Positions 30,384 through 38,764 of a stretch of 64,000 bases of DNA are shown here, one piece after another; within the stretch, counting starts at the first letter, position 1, and each line of letters starts with the position of its first letter. The position numbers were made by a program, and so were the translations under genes. The stretch lies in the sequence record NZ_CP039562.1. One strand, written 5' to 3'. The notes below the pieces were generated by a model, which saw only the letters and a list, made by a program, of their open reading frames with translations, had not been told where the DNA came from and made no database searches. Source of the DNA: a plasmid.

Positions 30384-30882
30384 CCTGACATGCCGCCTTT
30401 GTGCTGGTTCCGGTGTTTATGACTTTTCCCCTTCCAAAGAAACCTGCGGTATGTGCCAAGGGCATGGGAAATTTGTTGACGCCAAAGCAATGCTGGTGGC
30501 TGCCATCGAGCTGGCAAAGAAGCAACGCGAGCCTGTCATTGAAGTGGTAATGGGGTTGGTGCTCCAGGGTGTGGATGTTAGAGGGAAGGAGCCTGGAGAG
30601 CGGTTCAAGGCTGCTCAGGCCTTTAACGCCCCAGGGCACAACCTATTACGATACGGGTGGGATGCTTGGGAGCTCTATGCCCTCCATGAGGGTGTAAGTC
30701 CAGAACTTGCATCGCTTGGCCGAAGTGTGATGCGCGAGTGGCATAGCCATTCATGGGGCCGGTTCAGTGGAGAGGTAGGCTTTAACGCCGCCGAGATCAT
30801 GATCAAACAGGCCAAAGACAACCCAGAAAAAGCAGAAGAGCGCTGGGCGTTCCTGCTTAGTGAAGAATGGATGGTGGAGTAA
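30376..30882 (+). CDS. DnaJ-type zinc-finger protein
   Basis: Two CxxCxGxG repeats (CRLCAGSG, CGMCQGHG) at the N-terminus. Confidence 0.45.
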   Translation: MIDLTCRLCAGSGVYDFSPSKETCGMCQGHGKFVDAKAMLVAAIELAKKQREPVIEVVMGLVLQGVDVRGKEPGERFKAAQAFNAPGHNLLRYGWDAWELYALHEGVSPELASLGRSVMREWHSHSWGRFSGEVGFNAAEIMIKQAKDNPEKAEERWAFLLSEEWMVE

Positions 30883-31199
30883 TTGTCGTGACAGAACAAA
30901 CCAATAAGAAATTGATGCTGGATGAGTCTCCAGATATGCCCCTGCAATTCAAGTGGAGAAAGTTTGGTGGTGCGATTTTTACTGCCACGCAAACAATGGA
31001 GCACGTCAAGGAAGGACGTAAGCTCGGGCCGACTCCAGCAGGGATGCTACCTCAAGAAGTGTGGCTGAACCGCCTGATCGCTATGGAAGAAACCCTGCCA
31101 CGAGGGAAGTTTTTTGACAGATTCCGCCGCCGCGACAAAAACGAGCAGTATGACTTGGCCGCCGATCATCTCCGTCTTGTCGGAAAGAAAAAGCGATAG
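30867..31199 (+). CDS. hypothetical protein
   Basis: ORF with an alternative GTG start at 30888 preceded by GGTGGAG. Confidence 0.35.
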   Translation: MDGGVIVVTEQTNKKLMLDESPDMPLQFKWRKFGGAIFTATQTMEHVKEGRKLGPTPAGMLPQEVWLNRLIAMEETLPRGKFFDRFRRRDKNEQYDLAADHLRLVGKKKR

Positions 31200-31207
31200 G
31201 GGGATAG

Positions 31208-31708
31208 ATGAAAGCCCAGGCATACCCACCATCAGTCATTCGTAAAGGCGCTGTGTTGTACGCAGCCCTTTATTACATCTCTGATGATGATAAAGCAAAG
31301 GTCGAGGTTACAGAGTGGATAGTTCGCTCTATTCAGAAACGACGCAACTCAACCAGCGATCAACGCTATGTCAATCTTGCCCAAAAGTTAGATGGGATTA
31401 CGTGGGGGAAAAGGTCACGGAAGAATGGGGACTTTGGTTGGTTGCCATCTATACCGAGCTGGTGCTTGAAGCAGTTCCGGGAAGGTGGCGAATTGCCTTT
31501 TGGCGTTTATACGACGCGACTGGCCGCTCTCAAGTTTGCGAAAGTCAGCTTGCAGGAAGAGGTCCAATATTGCGAGGCCGAGCTGAAAAAGGCTCAGACA
31601 GAAGAGGATACTCAGGAACTCCAAGAGGAGCTGGCGGAGAACCAGAGACTTCTGAAAGCTGCTGGAGCAATGGTGAAGCGCGAGCAAAACAAGAAGAAAA
31701 GAGGTTGA
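31208..31708 (+). CDS. hypothetical protein
   Basis: 166 aa with a coiled-coil C-terminus. Confidence 0.4.
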   Translation: MKAQAYPPSVIRKGAVLYAALYYISDDDKAKVEVTEWIVRSIQKRRNSTSDQRYVNLAQKLDGITWGKRSRKNGDFGWLPSIPSWCLKQFREGGELPFGVYTTRLAALKFAKVSLQEEVQYCEAELKKAQTEEDTQELQEELAENQRLLKAAGAMVKREQNKKKRG

Positions 31709-31711
31709 CCA

Positions 31712-33139
31712 ATGTTACCGATCGTCTCCCCCTCCGTAGTAACCAAACAACTTGCGTTCAATCGAGTAGGCGATAAACGCAAGGTTAGGGTTTCGTCCAA
31801 CTTTTTGGATGTTATGGGGTTCAAGCCAGGTATGGGCATCGCCGTTGAGCCAGGGGAGGGGATGGGCGGTTTTTCGGTGATCCCAGCGACCGATGAACTA
31901 CAGACACACCAGGTTTATCAGCGCCGGTATCAACCAAAGAGTCGCTCCAACAACCCGCTGGAAACCGTTATTGAGTTTTCTGGACAAGGGCTCATAGATA
32001 AGTGCTTCCCTCGCTATACAGAGCGTTTCCACGTCGAAATGCGAAAAGGTCGAGTAGTCTTCACTCCCGTCGCAAACAGAGCCTTTGCCATTGCTGATCG
32101 GTTCAGAAAAACCAGCCCTTTCCGTGCCTTTGTGGCATTGACTGGCGGGGTAGACATTCATGTTATGGAATCGCTTGGCTGGAAGGCTGAGATTGTTTTG
32201 GAACATCGTCCAGTTGAAGCCAGAGACAGAGCATCCGGGCGGAACCTGAGTGAAGTACATGCGCTCAATACGCTGGTGAACAGCTCCCCGCGTATCCTGC
32301 TGAATGAAGACATTCATCACCTGGAGCTGGATCGCCTTGGAGCCTTGCTGGCGGAGTGCCCACCAATTGGTTTGGCCCATTACTCGTTGGGGTGTGATGA
32401 CCACTCAAACGCCAAAAGTCCAAGGGACAAAGAGCGTTCTCTTGAAGATCTCTCCACCATGCTCGACATGGTTTACCCGGCACTAAAACAGATCGAGGTC
32501 GTGAACCCTGCCGTCGTGCTGGTGGAAAACGTCCCGAACTTCAAAGCATCCGGAGCCGGGGCGATGATGGGAACGACACTGCGGCGGATGGGGTACTTCC
32601 TCACTGAGATGGTCTTGAACGGTCTGGATTTCGGCGCGTACCAGGGGCGAGAACGCTATTACATGGTGGCGTCGGTCTTCCCTGGGTTCGTTCCACCGAA
32701 ACCTGAGCAGAGAGCTGGTGGACGATTGTGGCCGGTGATCGAGAAGCACCTCGGGGATTGTGCAGACGTCACAGCGTTGAAGTCAATTCAGGCCAGAGAG
32801 TCAACTTCTCGCAGGATGCCTGCGTTCTTGACGAGAGAAAGCACCAGTTGCCCGACCATCCTCAAGTCTCAGGATCGTGGGGTAAAGGATGCAGTGTACA
32901 TCCAAGACGGTGGCCGCATTTACAAGCCATCGGTCGATCTGGTTCAGGAGTTGATGTCGATACCTGATAGCTTTGATATTTCGTGGATGGCAAAAGAACA
33001 AGCGACAGAAACACTTGGGCAGAGTGTGGATTACAGATTGCATTCAGCGGTCATGGCCGCAGTTCGGGATCACCTGAATGTGAATTGCGGTCGCCATACC
33101 GTGGTGCAGCACGGTATCAGAAGTAAGGAAGGTAAATAA
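31712..33139 (+). CDS. C5 cytosine methyltransferase-like protein
   Basis: ENV motif (VLVENVPNF) and QxRxR motif (AYQGRERYYMVA). A GCD sequence sits where PCQ is expected. Confidence 0.5.
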   Translation: MLPIVSPSVVTKQLAFNRVGDKRKVRVSSNFLDVMGFKPGMGIAVEPGEGMGGFSVIPATDELQTHQVYQRRYQPKSRSNNPLETVIEFSGQGLIDKCFPRYTERFHVEMRKGRVVFTPVANRAFAIADRFRKTSPFRAFVALTGGVDIHVMESLGWKAEIVLEHRPVEARDRASGRNLSEVHALNTLVNSSPRILLNEDIHHLELDRLGALLAECPPIGLAHYSLGCDDHSNAKSPRDKERSLEDLSTMLDMVYPALKQIEVVNPAVVLVENVPNFKASGAGAMMGTTLRRMGYFLTEMVLNGLDFGAYQGRERYYMVASVFPGFVPPKPEQRAGGRLWPVIEKHLGDCADVTALKSIQARESTSRRMPAFLTRESTSCPTILKSQDRGVKDAVYIQDGGRIYKPSVDLVQELMSIPDSFDISWMAKEQATETLGQSVDYRLHSAVMAAVRDHLNVNCGRHTVVQHGIRSKEGK

Positions 33140-33795
33140 TGGCAGTCATTTACTACGGCGAGGGAACCCATGACGCCGGTTTCGTCGGGTTCCGTGTCGC
33201 ACGAACAGTTGGGGTGGCGGATGATTACCGGCAGGAATACTTCTCCTTGAGAGAGTATTCCTACGCAACAGCTCACCGGCTGGCCTACAGCTTGGACCGA
33301 AAGTGGGAAGCTGAGGCAGAAGAGGTGAAGCGTCAGAATAAGACTTGTAAGCGGCGACGCAACTCCGGGCCAAATATCATTGCTGAGGGGCTGAGGGCTT
33401 ATATCAGTATCGAGAACCGGAGCCGGATGGGGGTGAAGAGAACCTACTTCGCACCTTGTTTTCTCGTCACAAAGCCAGGCTACGGCAATGGGGATATTGT
33501 TTTCAGGATTTCCACTCATGGCTACGCAGAAGCCTACGAAAAGGCGGTGGAAAAATATTGTGAGATCCATGATTTGACGGATGAGCAGTATGTTGAGTTG
33601 CTTGACCGTATGCCGAGTACAGAGGTGTTCACTGGATACCTGCTGAATGCTCTTTTAATACGCGGTCATCGCGCCACAAAAGCTGAAATACTGAGTAAGC
33701 TGGGGGCTGCGAAGAATGAAGATGACATCACCAATAGCAAAGGGAAAAGCGGCCACAACAGAGTGCGTTGCCCAGAGTATCGGTGGGCGCAATAA
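33139..33795 (+). CDS. hypothetical protein
   Basis: 218-aa ORF, start overlapping the previous stop. Confidence 0.4.
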   Translation: MAVIYYGEGTHDAGFVGFRVARTVGVADDYRQEYFSLREYSYATAHRLAYSLDRKWEAEAEEVKRQNKTCKRRRNSGPNIIAEGLRAYISIENRSRMGVKRTYFAPCFLVTKPGYGNGDIVFRISTHGYAEAYEKAVEKYCEIHDLTDEQYVELLDRMPSTEVFTGYLLNALLIRGHRATKAEILSKLGAAKNEDDITNSKGKSGHNRVRCPEYRWAQ

Positions 33796-33850
33796 CAGCG
33801 CCAGATGTTCAAACCATGTTTTATAGCAACACCTCTTTGGGGGCGGAATT

Positions 33851-34468
33851 ATGTTTTTTGATAACAAAGTAGAATCTCACTCGCTCGTAATGGGAGCCAG
33901 CGGGAAGGGCAAATCGGTCTTGTCCGAACAAGTGCGGAAAAACGCGAGGCTGCGCGGTGATCTGCTGGTGGATACTGAGATGTACCGTGAAGGTCGAGGG
34001 TTGAAACCATACGAGCATGAGTACGCTCGTCGCTTAGTTCTGGGGCTAAGTGGACCGTTGCCGCGTGAACTGCGTGGGAAGCCGGTGACGGTTATCTCTG
34101 ATGTGTCCAGACCAAAAAAGGTAAAGCGTCAGCCAAAGCAATTTGTTAAGACCGTAAATGGCGTCACCCTTGAACGCCAATTGGTGGCAGATGCAAGAGA
34201 CCAGTTGGAAATGCAAACAGGCGTCTGGCTCAAACAACCTCAGCTCATCGAGCTGATGGAAGAGTCGGGCATAGACGAAACTCTAGCCGATTTTGGTGAG
34301 GCTGAAACACAGATCCGAGAAATGCTGGCGGATGCGTTGGCGATGAAACTGGTAGGGCGCTCATGGCCCAAGTGTGGAGCCCTCTATAACGCGGCAGAAA
34401 AGTCCGACGTTAACTTTTCCTCCGAGCTTGATGCTGCGGCAAAAGAAGCTGGATACATGGTTCGCTGA
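33851..34468 (+). CDS. P-loop NTPase-like protein
   Basis: Walker A motif GASGKGKS near the N-terminus. Confidence 0.4.
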   Translation: MFFDNKVESHSLVMGASGKGKSVLSEQVRKNARLRGDLLVDTEMYREGRGLKPYEHEYARRLVLGLSGPLPRELRGKPVTVISDVSRPKKVKRQPKQFVKTVNGVTLERQLVADARDQLEMQTGVWLKQPQLIELMEESGIDETLADFGEAETQIREMLADALAMKLVGRSWPKCGALYNAAEKSDVNFSSELDAAAKEAGYMVR

Positions 34469-34675
34469 ATGGGATTTGGTGTGGACAAGATAGATCGGCA
34501 AAGTTGGCTCGTTAAATTCAGGCGAGCGAAGTGTCAGGACACTTTAGACACGATGCGGGATGCGGCCATTCGCAACTATGAAGGGAATATTCGTGTTATC
34601 GCGGATATTGTATTGGCCCATGAGGCGAGAGAGACAGAAATTGAAAAAGGGATGTTTTGTCTAATAGTTAGATAG
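34469..34675 (+). CDS. small hypothetical protein
   Basis: 68 aa, immediately follows the previous stop. Confidence 0.3.
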   Translation: MGFGVDKIDRQSWLVKFRRAKCQDTLDTMRDAAIRNYEGNIRVIADIVLAHEARETEIEKGMFCLIVR

Positions 34676-34700
34676 TCTGATGAGCTATCAGGTGGTGATT

Positions 34701-34979
34701 ATGAAAAAGAGAATACTTCATCTGCCCGTAAAAAAGATTTACTTCGATCAGATCAAATCTGGAGAAAAACCAGATGAATATCGCCTCGTCACAGACTACT
34801 GGATAAAAAGACTAGAGGGGCGCGAGTATGATGAAGTCCATGTTAAGTGTGGCTACCCAAAGGCTGGAGATATGTCCAGGATAGAGATTCGTCCTTGGCG
34901 TGGCTTCTCAAGGAACGTCATAACGCACCCGCACTTTGGAGATTATCCGGTTGAAGTATTCGCCATCCATGTGAATTGA
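34701..34979 (+). CDS. ASCH-domain protein
   Basis: IYFDQIKSGEKPDEYRL pattern typical of ASCH/PUA-like domains. Confidence 0.45.
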   Translation: MKKRILHLPVKKIYFDQIKSGEKPDEYRLVTDYWIKRLEGREYDEVHVKCGYPKAGDMSRIEIRPWRGFSRNVITHPHFGDYPVEVFAIHVN

Positions 34980-35069
34980 TTTTGGTATTCTGATTTAAAA
35001 CTATTGTAGCTCAGGTATCAAAAGAACTTGGGTAATTAAAGATAAGGGGCCGACGGCCCCTTAATTGTT

Positions 35070-35558
35070 TTAGTTTGTGAATATTGAACAATCGAGGTGG
35101 GATAGCGCTTGTTCGTAGCTACCTTTGTTGTTCGTCTTACGCAGTGCCACCAGCTCAACAATCAATTGGCTTAAAGCCAGTGATTGAGGCTCCCAGACGC
35201 GCTTGCATTTGTCAGCCATGTTGGCATTTACGTCTGTAATGACGTAGAGGAAATCAGGGACGTCTTTCAAGGTCCCCAGGCCTTTTGCCATATCAACAGC
35301 CTCAGGGTTTTGATAGCTTCGAGTGGCGCTCAGGTCATCGTGGGAAATATAGCTGGCAGATGTCTCAGCGAAACCTAACACCATGCCTTTTCCTGCGCTT
35401 TTTGCAATGGCCGAGCCGATAGCTAGAGTTGGCATGATGGCCTGACCTATTTGGCGGGTAGATGCAGTTGCCAAGCCTGAGGCGATGTTCTTCCCGGCAT
35501 CTTCGGCAGTGGCAGAGCTGGTTGTGAGCATCGCAGTTAAAATGATTTTTCCAAACAT
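35070..35558 (-). CDS. secreted hypothetical protein
   Basis: Start MFGKIILTAML with a signal peptide. Immediately downstream of topB. Confidence 0.4.
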   Translation of the reverse strand: MFGKIILTAMLTTSSATAEDAGKNIASGLATASTRQIGQAIMPTLAIGSAIAKSAGKGMVLGFAETSASYISHDDLSATRSYQNPEAVDMAKGLGTLKDVPDFLYVITDVNANMADKCKRVWEPQSLALSQLIVELVALRKTNNKGSYEQALSHLDCSIFTN

Positions 35559-35572
35559 ACTTAATTCCTCTA

Positions 35573-37765
35573 TCAATCCATAAAGTCCGACTTTTTGAAG
35601 GGCATAGTGCCTTTGCAATCGGGATACGCTGTGCAGCCCCAGAACTTAGAGGCTCGTTTCTTGCCAGGGGCTTTTCCTTTCCTGAGACGCATCGGGCTAC
35701 CGCAATCTGGGCAGTCTGGACAATCCTCCGCCGCGATACGTTTCTCGGGTTTCCCTCGGTTGTCTGGGAACGTCTTCTTGCAAGCCTCGTTCTGGCAGCC
35801 CCAGAAAAAACCGTTCTTCCCTTTGATCCGGTGCATCTCTCCACCGCAGTTGAAGCATTCGTGTGAAGGAGGCTTCGCGCCCTCGAAGGCTTTAGCCATC
35901 GCGCCACCTTCTTTGGTCAGAACCGGTGCGGCCACTTTGAGCTGCTCAACCATTTGGCAGATCCAGGTGGAAATCTGCTTCATGAAGACAGACATGTTCC
36001 CGGAGCCGGAGGCAACTTTCTCAAGCTCCTGCTCCCAAGCCGCAGTCATGCCGGGTGATTTGATGGCTGGTGGAAGCACTGCTATAAGCGCATGAGCCTT
36101 ATCAGTTGCAAGCAGTACCTTTTTCTGACGCTTGAAGTAGCCTTTATCAACAGCGCCCTGGATGATGCTTGCGCGTGTTGCTGGAGTGCCTAAACCGGCT
36201 GTGTCTTTGAGGATTTGTTTGAACTTCTCCTCAGTCACGAACCGGGCAATGTTCTCCATCGCGGCAAGCAATGTGGCTTCGGTGAAGTGCGGTGCTGGCC
36301 GCGTCATTTTGTTTGCCAGCTCGGCCCCATTCAGCAAGGCAGGTTCGCCCTGGCTAACCCTGGGGAGCTTCTCTTGTTCAACCGGCGCGTCGGTGTCTTC
36401 CCCCTCGTCCTTGGGACTGCTTTCACTATCAGAAGCAAACAAAACCTTCCAGCCTTGTTTGGTAGGTGTCTTACCAGCGGACGCAAAGAGGTGACGCCCA
36501 CACTGCACCTCGATGGAGGTTTTGGTGAACTCGAACTCGCTGTAGAACTGCGCGATGTAGAAACGACGGATGGCGTCGTAAAGATTGAACTCGATCTCAG
36601 ACATGGCACTGATGTCTGTTCTGGCCGGTGTTGGAATGATCGCGTGGTGCGCGGTCACTTTGGCGTCATTGAATACCCTGGCCTTGCGATGAGGATCTGC
36701 GCCAGCCACCAGCCCAGAGACGTTCTGATCGGACAAAATGAGCGCCTGGAGAATGTCCGGAATGTCTTCCTTTTGGCTCTCGGGTAGATAACGACTGTCA
36801 GTACGAGGGTAGGTGGTCGCTTTGTGCGTCTCGTACAGAGCTTGAGCTGCATCCAGTACCTGCTGAGCTGTGTATCCCCATCGTTTGCTCGCGTATTGTT
36901 GCAGCGACGTTAGATCGAAGGGGAGGGGGGCTGACTCTTTACCTGGTTTGGTTTCTGCTTTGCTGATAACAGCATTGGCACCATTGACCTGGGAGGCTAC
37001 CTGCTCGGCATAGGCCTTATTGACGCACCGGCCTTGCTCGTCACTGCACTCTTCTGGTGGTATCCATTGGGCGGCAAACTGTCCATTCTGTACGGACACG
37101 TTCACACCCAGAGTCCAGTATGGTGAGGGGGTGAAACCGGCGATCTCTCGGTCCCGTTGACAAACAAGAGCGACGGTTGGGGTGATAACCCTGCCAACGT
37201 GAAGAGTGTGGTTGAAGCCGACATCTCGGGCCAGCACTGTGTAGAGGCGGCTCACGTTCATGCCTACCAACCAGTCAGCGCGTTGCCGTGCCAATGCGGC
37301 GTAGTAGAGTGAGACCGTATCCTTGCCATCCTTTACGTTGTTCAGCGCTTTCTTGATGCTTGACTCATCGAGAGCCGTCAAACAAACTCGGCGAATAGGG
37401 CCAGAGTAGCGGAATCGATCCAGAAGCGAACGGGCGATAGCCTCACCTTCTCGGTCGTAGTCCGTTGAGATGTAGATGGTGCTCGCCTTTTTGACCAGTC
37501 CCTCAACAATTTTGTACTGTTTGAACGCACTCTTGCGAACGTTGTACCGCCATGACTCTGGTGCAATAGGGAGGGTCTCCAGTGACCATGACTTGTAGCG
37601 TTCGTCATAATCGTCTGGCATATACAATTCCAGCAGGTGGCCGAACGCCCACGTAATAACGCGGTTTCCTCCATCATGGAGAAATCCATCACCTCGTTGG
37701 GAGGCCTTCATTACGCCAGCCAAATCTTTTGCCTGAGAAGGCTTCTCGCAGATATAAAGGTCCAT
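35573..37765 (-). CDS. topB: DNA topoisomerase III
   Basis: 730 aa. N-terminal TOPRIM (MDLYICEKPSQAKDLA), topoisomerase IA core, C-terminal zinc-ribbon repeats. Confidence 0.85.
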   Translation of the reverse strand: MDLYICEKPSQAKDLAGVMKASQRGDGFLHDGGNRVITWAFGHLLELYMPDDYDERYKSWSLETLPIAPESWRYNVRKSAFKQYKIVEGLVKKASTIYISTDYDREGEAIARSLLDRFRYSGPIRRVCLTALDESSIKKALNNVKDGKDTVSLYYAALARQRADWLVGMNVSRLYTVLARDVGFNHTLHVGRVITPTVALVCQRDREIAGFTPSPYWTLGVNVSVQNGQFAAQWIPPEECSDEQGRCVNKAYAEQVASQVNGANAVISKAETKPGKESAPLPFDLTSLQQYASKRWGYTAQQVLDAAQALYETHKATTYPRTDSRYLPESQKEDIPDILQALILSDQNVSGLVAGADPHRKARVFNDAKVTAHHAIIPTPARTDISAMSEIEFNLYDAIRRFYIAQFYSEFEFTKTSIEVQCGRHLFASAGKTPTKQGWKVLFASDSESSPKDEGEDTDAPVEQEKLPRVSQGEPALLNGAELANKMTRPAPHFTEATLLAAMENIARFVTEEKFKQILKDTAGLGTPATRASIIQGAVDKGYFKRQKKVLLATDKAHALIAVLPPAIKSPGMTAAWEQELEKVASGSGNMSVFMKQISTWICQMVEQLKVAAPVLTKEGGAMAKAFEGAKPPSHECFNCGGEMHRIKGKNGFFWGCQNEACKKTFPDNRGKPEKRIAAEDCPDCPDCGSPMRLRKGKAPGKKRASKFWGCTAYPDCKGTMPFKKSDFMD

Positions 37766-37998
37766 TAAGCAGCTCCTCTCATCTTTGATTCCAGATTCGC
37801 CAGCTCAGTCCAGCTTTGAGCCAGACCTTTGACTTCGGGGTAGTCTCTGGAGAGGTTTTCGAGGACTCCAGAAATGACATAGGCCGCTTCGCTGGAATTA
37901 CCCCTCGAACCGGCCTCCTGGAGCATGATTAATAAAGCGTCGAAGAGCTCAGCCTTACGGCCTAGCTCTGTCTGGTTTCTTATTTCAGAGCTTTGCAT
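37765..37998 (-). CDS. small hypothetical protein
   Basis: 77-aa ORF. Confidence 0.3.
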   Translation of the reverse strand: MQSSEIRNQTELGRKAELFDALLIMLQEAGSRGNSSEAAYVISGVLENLSRDYPEVKGLAQSWTELANLESKMRGAA

Positions 37999-38597
37999 GG
38001 GTTCACCACTGAATAGGGACGCACGGACTCGCGCACAATGCGGCGATCTGCGTCAGTTACAGCCTGACTGGTGCAAAAGTGCGTCCAGGCATTCAGATAA
38101 TCTTTATAGGTGTGGGTAGGTGGTATGCAGCCGGTTACAACGTCCTTGGGGATGTTTGTGGTTCCCTCGGCTTCCACAAAGCGCCAATCGTGCTCGTCCA
38201 TACCTTTGCCACCATCGCAATAGCGTTCCCAGCGTGACAACTCGTACAGCGAGTAGCCTTTGCCTTTATTCATGGACTTGAAGGTATTGATGGCTTCGTT
38301 GACATCCCCGTGCTGTTTGATCCCTGCTGGAGTTTTATCTGAACCAGCGGAGTCATCTTTGACCTTGTTCATCGTTGCGCTGACATTACCGTCGCCCAGC
38401 ACATGGATATAACCAGGTTGACGTAATGCAGCACCACCGCGCCCCATGTTGTCCCATGCCATCGACAGTTCCCGGCTAACTCGGGCAGGTTTGTCATTTT
38501 CGGCAGGGGCAGTCTGGGGCTGAGGCTTTTGCTCGGGGGCGTTAGAGGCACACCCGGCCAGAATTGCCACTCCCAGAATTGCTATCAGTTGTCTCAT
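37980..38597 (-). CDS. lipoprotein
   Basis: Start MRQLIAILGVAILAGC (lipobox) with a GAGGA ribosome-binding site. Divergent from traI. Confidence 0.5.
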   Translation of the reverse strand: MRQLIAILGVAILAGCASNAPEQKPQPQTAPAENDKPARVSRELSMAWDNMGRGGAALRQPGYIHVLGDGNVSATMNKVKDDSAGSDKTPAGIKQHGDVNEAINTFKSMNKGKGYSLYELSRWERYCDGGKGMDEHDWRFVEAEGTTNIPKDVVTGCIPPTHTYKDYLNAWTHFCTSQAVTDADRRIVRESVRPYSVVNPCKALK

Positions 38598-38764
38598 CGT
38601 GTCGTTCCTCATAAAAAATTGTCGATGAGCCCATTCTAAAAGGGGGGGGATGGAAAGCTGGTTTCTCAAACTGCCCAAATTGGACAGATAGGCGTGTGTG
38701 CGATCTAAAGGTGTTTTGAGAGCATGTAGCGACGAGAAATACGATAGGAATATGGTCAACCTAC

